This document shows, piece after piece, positions 1 to 12,148 of a DNA stretch of 64,000 bases. Below the pieces are notes generated by a model. It made no database searches. It was not told the DNA's origin and saw only the letters and a list, made by a program, of their open reading frames with translations. This stretch comes from Emiliania huxleyi CCMP1516. Its lineage: Eukaryota. How positions within the stretch are numbered: the stretch's first letter is position 1; every line of letters begins with the position of its first letter. The position numbers and the translations under genes were made by a program. The DNA is taken from NCBI RefSeq assembly GCF_000372725.1, contig NW_005202428.1, positions 2,952,670-3,016,669 of the forward strand. The letters run 5' to 3'.

Positions 1-555
1 GCGCTCGGCGCGCGGCCGTCGCTCCGAGTCGAAGACGCGCTCGAAGCCCACCTTCGAGTGTGGGGCCAGCCGACGAGTGAGCGAGCGTCTCGGGTGTTTC
101 GGGAGGCAAGCGTGGGCGGCATCGGCCACCGCGAACCCCTCGCCCAGCGCATCGCCGTCCTCGATCGCCGAGCGGTGGCAGAAGAGGTCCTGCCCTCCGT
201 CGGCCGGGCAGATGAAGCCGTAGCCCTTCTCGACGTCCCAAAGTCGGACGGTGCCGCGGTGGCGCGGCGCGGGCGGCGGCCCCTCTGCCGGTGGGCTCTC
301 TGAGCGAGGGCGCTTCTGTCCGCTCGCGGCGGCGGCCGCGATGGCGGCGGCACGCGCGGCCGCAGACGGCGGCCGCGCCGGACGAGCCGCCGCGCCGGGA
401 AGCAGGCGGGCACAGGCGGCGAGGTTGTCGAGCGGGCGGACGTCGGCAAAGGGGACCGTCACCGACCGCGTGATGTCGAGCGCGCGCTCGACGTCAAAGA
501 CGTCCGGCGGCGAGAGGAAGTCGAGCTCGGGAGGCGGGCGTCCAAGGCCTAGCAT
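1..555 (-). CDS. Cold-shock domain protein (runs off window start; one probable intron at about 52-130)
   Basis: Manual translation from ATG 555: MLGLGRPPPELDF...HRGTVRLWDVEKGYGFICPADGGQDLFCHRSAIEDGDALGEGFA/VGFERVFDSERRPRAER. It contains CSD RNP1 (KGYGFI) and RNP2 (LFCH). Absent from the ORF track because no stop lies in the window. Confidence 0.85.
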   Translation of the reverse strand, partial: MLGLGRPPPELDFLSPPDVFDVERALDITRSVTVPFADVRPLDNLAACARLLPGAAARPARPPSAAARAAAIAAAAASGQKRPRSESPPAEGPPPAPRHRGTVRLWDVEKGYGFICPADGGQDLFCHRSAIEDGDALGEGFAVADAAHACLPKHPRRSLTRRLAPHSKVGFERVFDSERRPRAER

Positions 556-887
556 GCTGAGTGTGGTGCGCGGGGACGGAAAAAGAACGCGGCAGACCCG
601 CTGGTAGCAAGGTTAAGCAACCCAGCGACGGAGATGGTGCGGGGGTACGGGTGTTCCAGGGGGTCACGACACGCACCGACCCTTCACGAACCGAAGGCAC
701 AGTAATCCGGCAACGTGTTGGGCGCCCCATTCCGTTTAGGGCTAGGTCGGCTCAGGGCCCCGTCCACTTCCCTCCCACTTGGCGCCTGATGATGAGGAGA
801 TGCCACCCAGGCCAGCCGGGGCAGGGGCGGAGGGCGAGGGCGGAGGGCGGGATGGGCGCCAAGCGGGAGGGAGCGGACGGGGAGGGG

Positions 888-1073
888 AAAGAAAGAAAGA
901 AAGAAAACAGAAAGCCAAGGGAGGGATGGGAGGACGGCACGCCGCCACCACACAGGGATTTTGTGTTGGGATTTTAAGGAGAGGTGTGTGATGCGCTAGC
1001 CGTCGCCCACCCTAGGGAGTCTGCCTCTTCCTATCTCTCTTCGCAGTCTCTCGCCGCTTCTCGCTGCAACCTT
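888..1073 (-). mobile_element. 5'-truncated LINE 3' end (family A, (TTTC)n tail)
   Basis: 12-bp TSD GACGGGGAGGGG at 876-887 and 1074-1085; near-identical to 1104-1344, 51752-51900 and 60940-61200. Confidence 0.8.
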
Positions 1074-1103
1074 GACGGGGAGGGGCGCACCTTGCAGTAG
1101 CAA

Positions 1104-1344
1104 AAGAAAGAAAGAAAGAAAACAGACAACCCAAGGGAGGAATGGGAGGACGGCACGCCGCCACCACACAGGGATTTTAAGGAGAGGTGTGTGGTGCGCT
1201 AGCCGTCGCCCACCCTAGGGAGTCTGCCTCTTCCTATCTCTCTTCGCAGTCTCTCGCCGATTCTCGCTGCAACCTTCATGCCACCTCGCGGTCGTCCCAC
1301 TCTCGTCGTTCTCTCCCTTGTCACTTCCTCCTCTGTCGCGTCGT
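1104..1344 (-). mobile_element. 5'-truncated LINE 3' end (family A)
   Basis: 12-bp TSD TTGCAGTAGCAA at 1092-1103 and 1345-1356; encodes the same ...REIGRGRLPRVGDG* ORF end as 60744-61097. Confidence 0.85.
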
Positions 1345-1389
1345 TTGCAGTAGCAAGCGAAGTGTTTTCTATCGTCGACGTCCCTCTAA

Positions 1390-2244
1390 ATGCGAGGGGC
1401 CGTGTCACACGCCATCCTCTTCGCCACTGCCGCCGCCCGCCCCTGGTCCCCGGCCGCGATCTCCGACTACGTGCGTGAGCGCGCCGGCGGCCCGCGCGCC
1501 GGCGGCGGCGTCTTTTGGGTCGGAGAAGGCACGTTGCGCCGCGCGAGCGGCCGGCGGATCGCGGCGCTCGACTGCGTCGAGAGCGCCGAGCGCGAGTGCA
1601 GCGGCGGCGAGGCCGGACCGGAGGCGCCGGGAGGCGCCTTCAGCGTCCGCCGCCTCATCGTCTACCGCGACCCTTCCGGCAACGGCACACTGCTCCACGT
1701 TCCCGACGGGCGGGCGCAGAAGCCGGTGCCGCCTCTCGAGTACACCCATGTGGTCCGCATCGGGGCGTCGTCCGCCTCGCCCGAGCCCGCCGTGTCGGCG
1801 GCGCGCGCCGACGGCAGCGAGGTGGCAACGGGCCGCACGCTGCGGTCCGGGCTGCGCCAGCGCCCGCTCTCGCGCGTCTTCACCCTCGACGTGCAGGCGG
1901 AGGCGCCGCGGCGTGGCCGCGGCTCGAGGTCCAAGGCAGAGGCGATCGGGCGGTCGGGCGACGCGGCGGCGGCGCTGCTCACGGGCAGCAGCGGCGCAGG
2001 CGTGCCGGGCACGATTGAGGAGTACGAGCTGCGCGTGCCGCGCTGGCCGGGCTCCTCGCCCCTGCTCGGGCGGGAGCTGCTCTACCGCAGGACCGGCCCT
2101 TGCCCGTCATGGTGCGGCGCCGGCGTCTGCACCACGGAGCTGCGGCTGAGGAGGTGCCGGCCGCCCCTCGCCAAGCGCACCCTCGCGCGGCTGCTGCGGG
2201 ATTGCCTCGACACCGACGGCCGAGCCAGCAGGGAGCAGGAGTGA
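1390..2244 (+). CDS. Hypothetical protein, 284 aa, possible signal peptide, intronless
   Basis: Coding-like ORF with a hydrophobic N-terminus (MRGAVSHAILFATAAA) and globular-looking segments (VFWVGEGTL, RRLIVYRDP, IEEYELR). Confidence 0.65.
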   Translation: MRGAVSHAILFATAAARPWSPAAISDYVRERAGGPRAGGGVFWVGEGTLRRASGRRIAALDCVESAERECSGGEAGPEAPGGAFSVRRLIVYRDPSGNGTLLHVPDGRAQKPVPPLEYTHVVRIGASSASPEPAVSAARADGSEVATGRTLRSGLRQRPLSRVFTLDVQAEAPRRGRGSRSKAEAIGRSGDAAAALLTGSSGAGVPGTIEEYELRVPRWPGSSPLLGRELLYRRTGPCPSWCGAGVCTTELRLRRCRPPLAKRTLARLLRDCLDTDGRASREQE

Positions 2245-3157
2245 GCCGAGAGATATATACTCTAGCTGGCGGGCAGGTGAGGAGGTAAGGTAAGGTAAGG
2301 TAAATTTCTCCACACACACAAAGTGGTGGGGCAAGGGGGGGCGACCCTCGCATCTCCACACCCGGCCACACGGGCAGGAGCCCCACCGCAGAGTGGGCAT
2401 CCTCCGTCCTCTCCGAAATTACCGGGGAAAAAATACAAAAAGTGCGCGGCGCTGGCAAGCCTCGGAGCTCGGTGCACTAAAGTGCACTGCGGCACACTCG
2501 CTGGTCACTGCCGGCTCTGCTGCGCCGCCCCGGGTCGCCGCACCGCGGTGGCCGGTGCACGTCTGGGTGAGCAGCCTGTCCCTCTGCTGCTGCTGCTGCG
2601 CTTGTTGCTGCTGCTGTTACCTGATACCTCCGGTCCAGTACTCCCCCGTGCTAGGACCACAAGGCCCCACGGTACACGGCGTCTCCACACATTACGGCTC
2701 TCGACTACGTAAAGCCGTAGGCGAGTCACACATGTGTCGTGATTGGGATCAAAGCGCTGACTGAGAGAGTCATGAATGAATGTATGTGTGTGTATGTTTA
2801 TTGTTTTGTCATGTGAGACGCTCCCGGCGGAGCGACTCATTCATCTGGCTTGGGTCTGCGGGGCGCTGCTCCTGTGCTCCTCCCTCCCGACAAACCAACT
2901 CCAGCACACACACGTACACAATATCGCGACCTGTGGGTACCCGAGAGGCGGAAAACGGGAAAACGCAAAACCGCCCCAGCGATGCAGAGAGCGGCTGTGA
3001 CTCATCACTGTTGTGTGCTGGTGAGGACGTTTGGACGTCGTTTGAGAGAGGAGAGACAGAGAGAGTGTTCAGAGTGTGGGTGAGACAGAGCGATACGTGC
3101 GTGGCAGGTGTGTGGTGTGTGCACACTCATAGGGACGCACACTCTGTGACTGTGTGC

Positions 3158-4761
3158 AATGGTTGGGTAGCAGGGGTGGGGTAGAGGGTTGCCCAAAACG
3201 TAGACCTGCTCGCAGCCGAGCGCTGAACTAAGCCCCCGGAAGGAAACGGGCTCTCAAACTTAGACGCTGGTGATCGGACTCACGAACTTAGACGACACGA
3301 GGTGGCCAGTTCCGGGTCTCTGCAGGAAGCCCCCCCCCCCCCCCCCGCCCAGCCAGGGAGCCACAGCCCAGCCAGGCTGCCCGGTCCGGCCCAACCTGGT
3401 TTGTGGAGCTCCCACAGATTACCTAGAGAGCACGGCATTCGGGGCCATGATCTCGGTTCCGCACTGGACTTTTTTTGTAGTGGAGAGAATTAAGGAATCT
3501 TTCTGCTCTGGCAGGCAGCTGCATCATTCCCCTTTACTTCAATCAGCTGTGTACACTCAAGTGCTAGTACTGTCTGAATAGCTGTCTAGACGCTCCGATT
3601 TTGCTGTCTGGACGCTGTCTGGACACTGTCTGGACGCTGTCTGGACGCTGTCTGGACGCTGTCTGGACATGGAAGATCGCGTGAGGTGTGAATAGACCTG
3701 CAGACAGGAATCATACTCTGATACTCAACAACACGTCAGCCAAATGTGAGCGATCAAAACTTGAGTTGCATTCTCTTGTGGTATGACGTATGTGGACAAA
3801 ACATCTTTCTCAGCAATGGAAACCGACGGAAGCACCATCCCTCCCTTTAGTTTTGCCCTCCGCTCTATGCACTGGTGAAGGACGATCCACATAACTCACC
3901 AGACAAAATTCAAAATTTGAGCTAAGATTTGGGTGGGGTTGAGCGCGTGAACGTGAAAATCGCCGATTTGGCGCGAGTCGTCGCGCCTCTCGAGTCGCCA
4001 CGCTGGCAACCGTGCCGCCCGCCGATGATCGTCGCGGCCACTCTGGCGCCGGCATCGGCTCAGCCACCGCACGGCAACGCGACCAAGCGCGGGCGGAGCA
4101 TGGTGACTGCCGAGGTCGTGAAGCCGGCCAAACGCTTGGTTGCAGTGGCGGTTGCACCGTCCCAGCCCGTGCCTGCAACGGTTGTCGCAGCTGCTAAGCC
4201 TCGCGCCTGCGTGGTTGCGGTGCGGCATGTGGGTGGGTGGGTGGGTGGGTGGGGAGTGGCCTCGGCAGCGCCAGGGGTGCTGTCAGGGGTCGTCCAGCCA
4301 CGACTACGAGACTTTACTGTGAATAGTGGAGCCATGTGCCACTGTCTGGACGCTGTCTGGACGCTGTCTGGACGCTGTCTGGACGCTGTCTGGACACTGT
4401 CTGGACAGGCTCAGGACTGTCTAAACATCTGTGGGAGCTCCACAAACCAGGTTGCCCGCGGTCTGCTAAATAAAAAGTGTAAACCCTGGATATTTTGCAC
4501 GACCCCATGGGTCAACAAGCTACAAGTGCCGTCGCCACTTGCCGCGCACGCCCTCCTCTCAGCCTCCGTGCGCAAGTTGCGACGCACGCCCGCCGCACGA
4601 GGCGAAGAAACGATTTTGAGGCACCCTAATGATCACGGCCGACTTAGCCCGCATAAAGAGGCTCCCGCCGATCTTAGACCGCGTACGCACCCGAGCGTGA
4701 CCGGTCACACTTAGACCCGTTAAGCCTCGAGGCTCAGAACGTAGCCTACTACCCAACCAGT
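3158..4761. mobile_element. Non-autonomous TIR transposon with 8-bp TSD (hAT-like), long copy
   Basis: Ends AATGGTTGGGTAG...CTACCCAACCAGT; TSD CTGTGTGC at 3150-3157 and 4762-4769; arms homologous to 15306-15900. Confidence 0.9.
3392..4454. mobile_element. Nested TIR element with 28-bp perfect TIR and subterminal (CTGTCTGGACG)n arrays
   Basis: CAACCTGGTTTGTGGAGCTCCCACAGAT at 3392-3419 and its reverse complement at 4427-4454; 11-mer arrays at about 3580-3670 and 4340-4410; absent from the sister element at 15306-15900. Confidence 0.85.
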
Positions 4762-5081
4762 CTGTGTGCGGGTCGGTGGTCGCCGTCTCTGCACTCTGGT
4801 CTCTCTCCCCGGCGCGAGAACCCGCGAGAGTCGGCGAGTCTCCCGTCTCCGGCGTCCACGGGACGTCAAGTCTCTTCGCCGTCGCGCGTGGATAGTGTGT
4901 AGCTCTGAGAAAGAAAGACATAGGTGTGCCCTCAAGCGTGACGTACAAGACACACAAATAAAAACGACGACCGGCGACCCGCGCGGCGGTCGTGCCGCGA
5001 GGGCGGCGCACGCGGGCGGCCTGCACGCCGTCGTGTGATACACAATCGCTCTCCACACCTCGCTCACATGGTCCTCGCGCC

Positions 5082-6929
5082 TCATACCTCGGCGTTGTAC
5101 AAGTCGGCGAGCCGCTCCTCCGGCGACTGCGAGCGCGTCGACGCGTGCTCGCCGCCTCCCTCCGCCGCAGAGCGGAGCGGAGCAGCGTTATGCGCGCCCT
5201 CGTCCCTCACCATCGCGACGCCCTCGTCGCCGCGCCGCCTGGCTCCCCTCTTGTAGCCCGCCGGCCGCTGCGGCCTCGCGCCGTCGTGCGCCGCCAGCCC
5301 GTTGTGCTCGCCGTCCGCGTCGTTGGCGAGGGACTGCTGCTCGCCCGAGCAGAGCACGTAGAGGCCAGCGAGGATAACGAGGACGGCGCCTGGTGTACAT
5401 CGGCGCGGTGTGAGCGAGGACTCGAGCGGGGGCGGCGAGGGGGGCGAGGGGGGCGCCGAAGTAGAGCGCCATCAGGTGGGGCGGGTGGCCCTCCTGTGGG
5501 GCGGGAGGGGTGGGAGGGGTGGGAGGGGTGGGAGGGAGGGCTCGCGCCTGGCTCGCTTGGCGAGCGAGTGGGGAGGGGAGGGGAGGGGGTGGGAGGGGTG
5601 GGGAGGGGAGGGGAGCTCCTTCTCGTTGAGCACGACGTTGCCCGAGATGGCGCCCGAGATGACCATGAAGCCCTCGAAGACGGTGATCATGTACAGCGCC
5701 TCGAAGGAGCGCAGCCCGACCGCGAGCAAGTAGAGCGCGCCTGCCGGGCGGGCGGCGGGGCGGCGGCTCGAGAGGTGTGAGGTCAAGAGAGGAGGGGGGG
5801 GGGGGGGGGGGAGCTAGTTGCTGAATGGCGCTCCATGCTGGATGAGTTCCCGCCCCGCAGGCCAGTGCGAACGAAATGGTGATGAAAAGGTACGGGTAGG
5901 GCGTCAGGAAGGGGTTTTGCTCGCACCCTCCCGCGGGGGAAGCCTCGGGGTCGCCCCAGTGGAGGGCGACGCACTTGACCATCTCGACGCTCGCCTGCGG
6001 GAACGGTGCGGCGTGCGTGAGAGAAGGCTCGCGTTGCGGCGTGCCGCACGTGGCCTCGGCCGGTCGCCTTTGTCGTCATCATGTTGCCTGGCGGCGAGGG
6101 AGGCGCGGGGTGGCGGGAGAGGGCCGGAAGGGGCAGGCGGTCGTGGGGTGTGCGGGGAGGGGTGCGGGGAGGGGTGCGGGGAGGGGTGCGGGGAGGGGTG
6201 CGGGGAGGTGTGTGGAGGGAGGTGTGTGGAGGGAGGTGTGCGGAGGGAGGTGTGTGCCTGCGAGGAGGCCTCCGAGCGCCCCGGCGGCGAAGCCTCTCCA
6301 AAAGTGGGACCCGCGCCGGAGGTAGTAGAGGCAGACGGCGGAGACGGCGGCGAAGCAGACGTAGTAGAGCTGCGCGAGCGGGCGCGCGAAGAGCGCGAGA
6401 TACTCGTCGACGGTCCGCTCGTGCACGAGGTGGTTCCCGAAGAAGCCCGAGCAGGCGGTGCCGAGGACGACCAGCAGCGTGCCGCGCTTGCGAGAGGGCG
6501 TGAGCACCTGCGAGAGGCACGCTGTCGGGTCGGAGGCGGATCGTGCGGCGGGACGGTGCCAACGTCGCGCGGCGGAGGGCGCGCGGGCCACAGCGGCGCC
6601 TCGCCGAGCGTAAAGGGCGCGAGCACCACGTTCCAGACAACCACCATCCCCGCCATCGGCGCGATGACGGACTGAGCAGCGAAGGCGTACGCGGATATGT
6701 CAAAAATGGGATCGATGACGGCCGTGAAGAACATCCCCAGCGGAATGAACCAGTTGTTCTTCGTGACCGCAGCATGGCGCAGCAATTGCTTCCCACTCGC
6801 TCCACCCAGCGTGGCGACGCAGTCGAGGAGGACGCCCACCCACCACAAGTCGTTTGAGCGCGGGAGCGACGGAGCCGCCGCCGCGGTGGTAGCGTTGAGC
6901 AGTAACAGGGTTGCATTCTCTAATGGCAT
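5082..6929 (-). CDS. NIPA/DMT-family magnesium transporter (multi-exon)
   Basis: Exons WWVGVLLDCVATLGGASGKQLLR, AYAFAAQSVIAPMAGMVVVWNVVLAPFTLGE and LLAVGLRSFEALYMITVFEGFMVISGAISGNVVLNE match the NIPA pattern; multiple TM segments. Confidence 0.85.
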
Positions 6930-7365
6930 TGCTGCTCAGCGCCTCACGCCACGCTGCTGGGCCTTGCCAAGGTTCAGAAGATGAACGCTGCGCCCGGGGG
7001 GGCGCGCTCCGAGAAATGGTGTGACGGTTTGTATTTTTGTTTTTTGGTGTGCGTCGATGTGCGGTTGCTGACTGCACGCCAAGTGCTCCAAGTGCGGTTT
7101 CCTCTCGCCCGTCGGTCGTTGGTTCAGTCCAGCTCTCTGGGTTGTTGTTTTTCTTGTTCGAGACGATGCTCGAGGCTGTGACCTGTGTCGCCTCAACGTA
7201 CATCGTACAACACACCCACACTCACACTTACACAAGGTTTTTGGAGAGAGAAGCTGGAGACAATATGGCCTCTCGCTCTCGCCCTCTATTCCTAGCTCTA
7301 TTCATTCCTTCATACCACGCATCCACACGCTGTGCCTGCAGGATCGGTGTCTACGCACCCCACCG

Positions 7366-8474
7366 TCACCCGTCACCACCGCGAACACAAGTGTCGATGC
7401 GGGCTCGCTTGGCGGGCAGCGCCTCTGCGGCGGACGCGGCTTCGGTGTCGGGCCGTGGCGACGCCGTCGCCGGCGAGGCGGCCTCGCGGAGCGCACGCGC
7501 CGCCTTGCAGTGGGGCGGGAGAGGCCGCCACGCGTACGCGGGCAGGGCCGCGAGCTGCGGCAGGTCGGGCGGCGGCTCGAGGGTGACGGGCACGCGGGGC
7601 GGCGACTGGAAGAGCGGCTCCTGCTCCATGGCGGCGGCGGCGGCGCGGAGGGCGGCGTAGTCCTTGGCAGCGGTGAGGGCTTTGAAGGTGGCGGACTTGC
7701 CGTGCGAGTCGAGCATCTGCAGCGCCACGTACCTACGGACCGGACGGCGGTCGGCGGTCGGTTGTCGGCGGTCGGCGGTCGGCGGCCGTCAGCGGCGGCG
7801 GCGGCGGCGGCGGCGGCGCGGTGCGGTGCGGCTGGGCAGGTAGGGTCGTACTTTGTGTTTCCGACGTGGTTGGAGACGGACTCTGCGAGGGAGACGTACC
7901 TGAGGGGCGGGGAGGGCGGTGGGGTTCGGAGGGCGGGCGCGAGGCGGCGGGTCTGGTGGCGGGCGGAGCCTCTGGACGAGGGTTGCTTGGCTGGCGAGCC
8001 GACCCTCCTGCGCAGCGGGGAAGGCGTGCTGGGGCAGGGGGCGGGGGGGCGGGGCGGCGGGGCGGCGGGGAGACGAGGCGGTCGCGAGAGAGGACCCCGC
8101 CCACACAGGCCCTGGCCGCCGCCCTAGCCCTAGCCGCTCGCTCCTCTCGGCCGAAGAGAGACGCGTTCCACAGCGCACCACGCGCCAGCATCAGCCCGTC
8201 CGCGCCGGTCTCGTCGAGCGCGCGGCGCGCGTCGTCGAGCGAGAAGAGGTCGCCGTTGAGCAGGAGCGGCAGCGAGGGCGGCAGCGTCTGCCGGATCCGA
8301 GTCAGCGCGTCCCACTGCGCCCAGTGCCGGGGCCGGTCCGGCACGCGCCGGCAGTGGACGGCGAGCGCATCCACGCCGCACGAGGCAATCATCCGAGTGA
8401 GGTCGAGGGTTGCGGCGGTGGTCTGGCGGGCGGCGGGGCGGGCGGGCGTCACGGGGCGATTGGCGCGCGTGAGA

Positions 8475-8505
<31 letters not shown>

Positions 8506-8989
8506 GCAGCCGGATCTTGCACGTCACTGCGCGGCGGCCGCCGAGGCTGCGGACGAGTGTGGTCAGGATGTCGCGCACCCGCTCGGGCTGGGTGAGCAGG
8601 GACGAGCCCATCCCGCCCTGTGTCGAGAACCTCACCGGGCAGCCCATGTTGACGTCCACCGCGCAGACGTCATCCACCACCACGTTGGCCGCCGCGAGCG
8701 CGTCCGGGCCAGAGGCGGTGCCGAGCTGAAACGCGACGCGCTCGTGCGGCACCGTCGAGAAGATCAGCTTGCCGTCGGCGTGCCGGTACTCGGCCTCGCC
8801 GCGAGCGGAGACGGAGCGGCGGCACGCCGCCACAGACTTGTCGACCAGCTCCTCCGAGTAGAGCAGGTCAGCTCCGTGCTCAGCGCAGAGGAGCCGGAAC
8901 GGCAGCGTGTTTATTCGCACCATGGGCGCAAGCGCCCACGCGCCGCGGTACTCCCACGGCCGCTCTCCGCCAGCCTCGGAGGTCGCCAT
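7366..8989 (-). CDS. DUS2: tRNA-dihydrouridine synthase (DUS2-like), multi-exon
   Basis: LAPMVRINTLPFRLLC, YSEELVD, FQLGT, VDVNMGCP..FS..GGMGSSLL, VTCKIR, AVHCR, NGDLF, LARGALWN. Confidence 0.9.
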
Positions 8990-9139
8990 ACGCCACGCAG
9001 GGGAGCGCGTCCGTCTCTCGAGGTTCTCGAGGTGGATATCCTTTGGCCGCGTTGGGTAGCGAGGATTGGTGGCGCGATCCACGCGCGTCCGACTGCCTCA
9101 AAGAATTCATCGCAGCAGGCAGACTGGCACGAACTAGCC

Positions 9140-9253
9140 TGTTTGTGTCTGTGTGTCGCTCATGCGTGTCGTCATCATCTGTCTAGCGTCCACCCATACC
9201 GCGTTGGTGTCCAGTCCGAGCCTGGCTGTTCTTCACCTTTCTACCTACCTACC
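9140..9253 (+). repeat. Dispersed repeat with (CTAC)n tail (probable retroelement 3' end); copies at about 45290-45430 (-) and, diverged, 12960-13070 (-)
   Basis: Near-identical GTCCACCCATACCGCGTTGGTGTCCAGTCCGAGCCTGGCTGTTCTTCACCTTTCTACCTACCTACC in two places. Confidence 0.7.
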
Positions 9254-9262
9254 ACAAAAGGC

Positions 9263-10732
9263 CGCGCCATTCGCTCTCACCTGGCAACCCGGTCTCGGGA
9301 ACCGTACCCATACTACTCAAAAGTACAATATACTACCACAAAGCACCACTAGCGATTTCGCGCGGAGGGCGTAGTGAAGCGCTGGGGCGCTCACTGTGTG
9401 TTATTCGGGTGGGGATCCATCAGTGGTAACCGGCTTTAGTCACAGATCCAAGCTCAGACGCCACACCAACACCACAAACACGCTCCTTCGCCGCTGCTGT
9501 AGAGGGCCCCCGGGGGCCCATACTACGTCGAAGTACGGACCCGATCTCGGCCCTCACGGGCTGCCACGCGCCCGCGCGCGGCGCGGGCCGCACCGCCCAT
9601 GCCCCCGGGTCACCGACCCCGCCTCTCGGCCCTCTCGGCCCTCAGGAGCGTGCGGGAGACCGGCGAGGGGCGCGCCGCGCGCCGCCTGCAGAGCCGCCAG
9701 AGGCATTGTCGCCTCCGCTGGCGGGGTTCCCGCGCGCCCGCCCGCGCCCGGACCCGCGCCCGCTGCGCCCGCGGGCTCCGGATGCGCCGCCATCCTTCTC
9801 CTTCTTCTCGATGGCAGTCCGCCTGTGCTTGTCGACGGGTCGGCGGCGTGGTCGAGGGGAAGGTCGCCGGCGGCCGCAACTCCGCCGCCGTCGCTCCGCC
9901 GGCTCTGACCGAGTATCGGGCGTTGAGGGCGGCGGCGCAAGCGGGTCTGGCGCATCTATCGCCACGAGCCTCGCGACCGCGGTCGTGGCACACCTGGCGG
10001 CGGCTCTCGAGGCCGTCTCTACGGCGCTCGACGCCGTGTGAGGTCGCCGGCGGCCGCAACTCCGCCGCCGTCGCTCCGCCGGCTCTGACCGAGTATCGGG
10101 CGTTGAGGGCGGCGGCGCAAGCGGGTCTGGCGCATCTATCGCCACGAGCCTCGCGACCGCGGTCGTGGCACACCTGGCGGCGGCTCTCGGGGCCGTCTCT
10201 ACGGCGCTCGACGCCGTGTGAGGTCGCCGGCGGCCGCAACTCTGCCGCCGTCGCTCTGCCGGCTCAACCGAGTATCGGGCGTTGAGGGCGGCGGCGCAAA
10301 GCGGGTCTGGTGCGCCACACGGCCACCACCCTTGCCAGCGCCCTTGCCGCCGCCCTTGCCACCCTTTGCCGCCTTGCCTCCGCCGCGGGCGGCGGTGGGA
10401 GCGGCCTGCTGGGCTAGCATGTTGTCCTTGCTGGGGACGGGCACGTGGAACGCACGTTACATGTTTGAACGGCCTCCAGAATTCAAACAAAAAATAGCCA
10501 AGGCCTTCTCGCAACCCCTCCGACCCCCCGGGACCCGTGGGCGTCGAAGAGGCGCTCTCGGGGGGCCGTTCTGAGTTCATACTACCTCGAAGTACAATAT
10601 ACTGCGTCAAAGCACCGGCCCTGAGTCCGAACCCTGTCTGCACGTCTCGCGCGCGCGTGAACAGGGCTCCAGGCCCCAAATGACGCGTGAGTGTTAGATT
10701 TGTTTGGTATTGCTAAAAATCTCTCTCTCTCT
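9263..10732 (+). mobile_element. 3' UTR fragment of the CRE-like retroelement, interrupted by a TIR element
   Basis: 9263-9289 plus 10634-10732 reconstitute 27388-27525; TSD CAAAAGGC at 9255-9262 and 10733-10740; (TC)n tail. Confidence 0.85.
9290..10629. mobile_element. TIR element with 4-bp TSD carrying a 180-bp tandem repeat
   Basis: TSD AACC at 9286-9289 and 10630-10633 (empty site seen at about 27410); imperfect TIR CGGTCTCGGG/CCTGAGTCCG; CATACTAC..AAGTAC motif three times; about 2.4 copies of a 180-bp unit at 9861-10310. Confidence 0.8.
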
Positions 10733-12148
10733 CAAAAGGCACAGCTAGAAAGAAATTGCGCCAGCATCCCCGCCAGGTGCACTGTGCAAACTAAGAAGAG
10801 GTTCACGGATACTAGAGCTCGCTACGGCGGCTGCCACCCGCACCACCCGCACCCCTCACAAAAAGAGAGGTGCTAGATGCAAGTGATCTGTGTACTATGA
10901 TGTAGTTGTAGAGGAAGGGCGTAGACTCCTAGAACCTAGTAGCTCTGGGGGGAGGCGGGGGCCCCGGAGGCACCGTGCGCCGTGCAGCAGTGCGGAAACG
11001 GGGCTCCGGCTCCGTTAGTCTCCGTTAGCACCGACTTCCCGAATGATCACGGTTGATCAGAGGGCAGATTTGGAGAGATCTCGAGGAGTACATACAGATA
11101 GACCCTCTAACCATAAGAAAACTCCGACCTGATCGGTCGTACTGACCGCCGACAGATCACTCCAGACAGCAGACAGGCCGACGCGTCTGCACGCGGCCGG
11201 CCGGGCGAGAGGCTTGACACGATCCGACCCTGCGACCCTGATGCTGCTGCTCTAGCTATCAGACATGCATTGCTGACTGCTGCCACAATGTGCGACCTGT
11301 GCTGGCCCACTTGGCGGCCTTCCCGGTCAGTGGTGAGGCGCAGTTCAGAGCTGTCGATGGCGCGATGCCGCACTGGTCCCACATCGGTGACACGAGACCA
11401 CCACGTTTGCCGGTCCAAGAGAGAGGCACCGGCGAGCTGTCCTGAGAAGGTGCATGGTCCCTCTTGACTGCCCATTAGCACGAGGCTGTGTAGGCATAGC
11501 CTCGAGAGTGCCAGCAGCCAATCCGAGGCAGTTTGTGACGCGCATTGCGTCAGAAGCGTGCACGCGCTGGAAGGACACCTTCCTACTGGCCGTACGATCA
11601 GGTCGTCACTGAATGCCGAAGACTAAGGCCGCGAGCTATGCAGGTGATCAATTGTGCAGCATGGCACGGTCAGCAGCGCCGAAAGGATGTCGCAAGGCGT
11701 GATAGCATGGCCGCAAGTTCGCCGAATTCCGCAACAAGTAAAAAATCGCGCCAAAAAAGGAAAAATCCAAAAAATCGGCGCCTGCGGCGGGCTGGGGGAC
11801 CCCATCTCCCCCCCGCATGGGTACCCCCTTGGGCCCTCGCCTTCCCCCCAGAGCCTAGTGAGCTCTACAGCAGCGGCTGCCGCCAACGCGTCGCGTGACG
11901 ATTCGGGCGGTGCGCGTTCCAGAGCGTAACATCGCCATGCGTATCGCGGTCGCAAGGCAAACCGAGGGCGCGAGGGCCCCGCCACGACGCCTCTGAGCTT
12001 CGTCCTCCTTATACCGGAATACCGCCAGCGCACCTCAGTGCGCGGCGCGCTAATTCACCCGACTAATACGGCCGCGTCGGGCCCGTCCCAATTGCTCCGC
12101 ACTTCGCAAGTGCCAGCCCCGGGGATCGCCCGCCCTGGCGGCGTCCAG

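Noticed and set aside
3929..4714. 261-aa ORF inside the nested transposon as a possible transposase
   Set aside because: Crosses element boundaries and repeat arrays; no DDE or Zn-finger motifs
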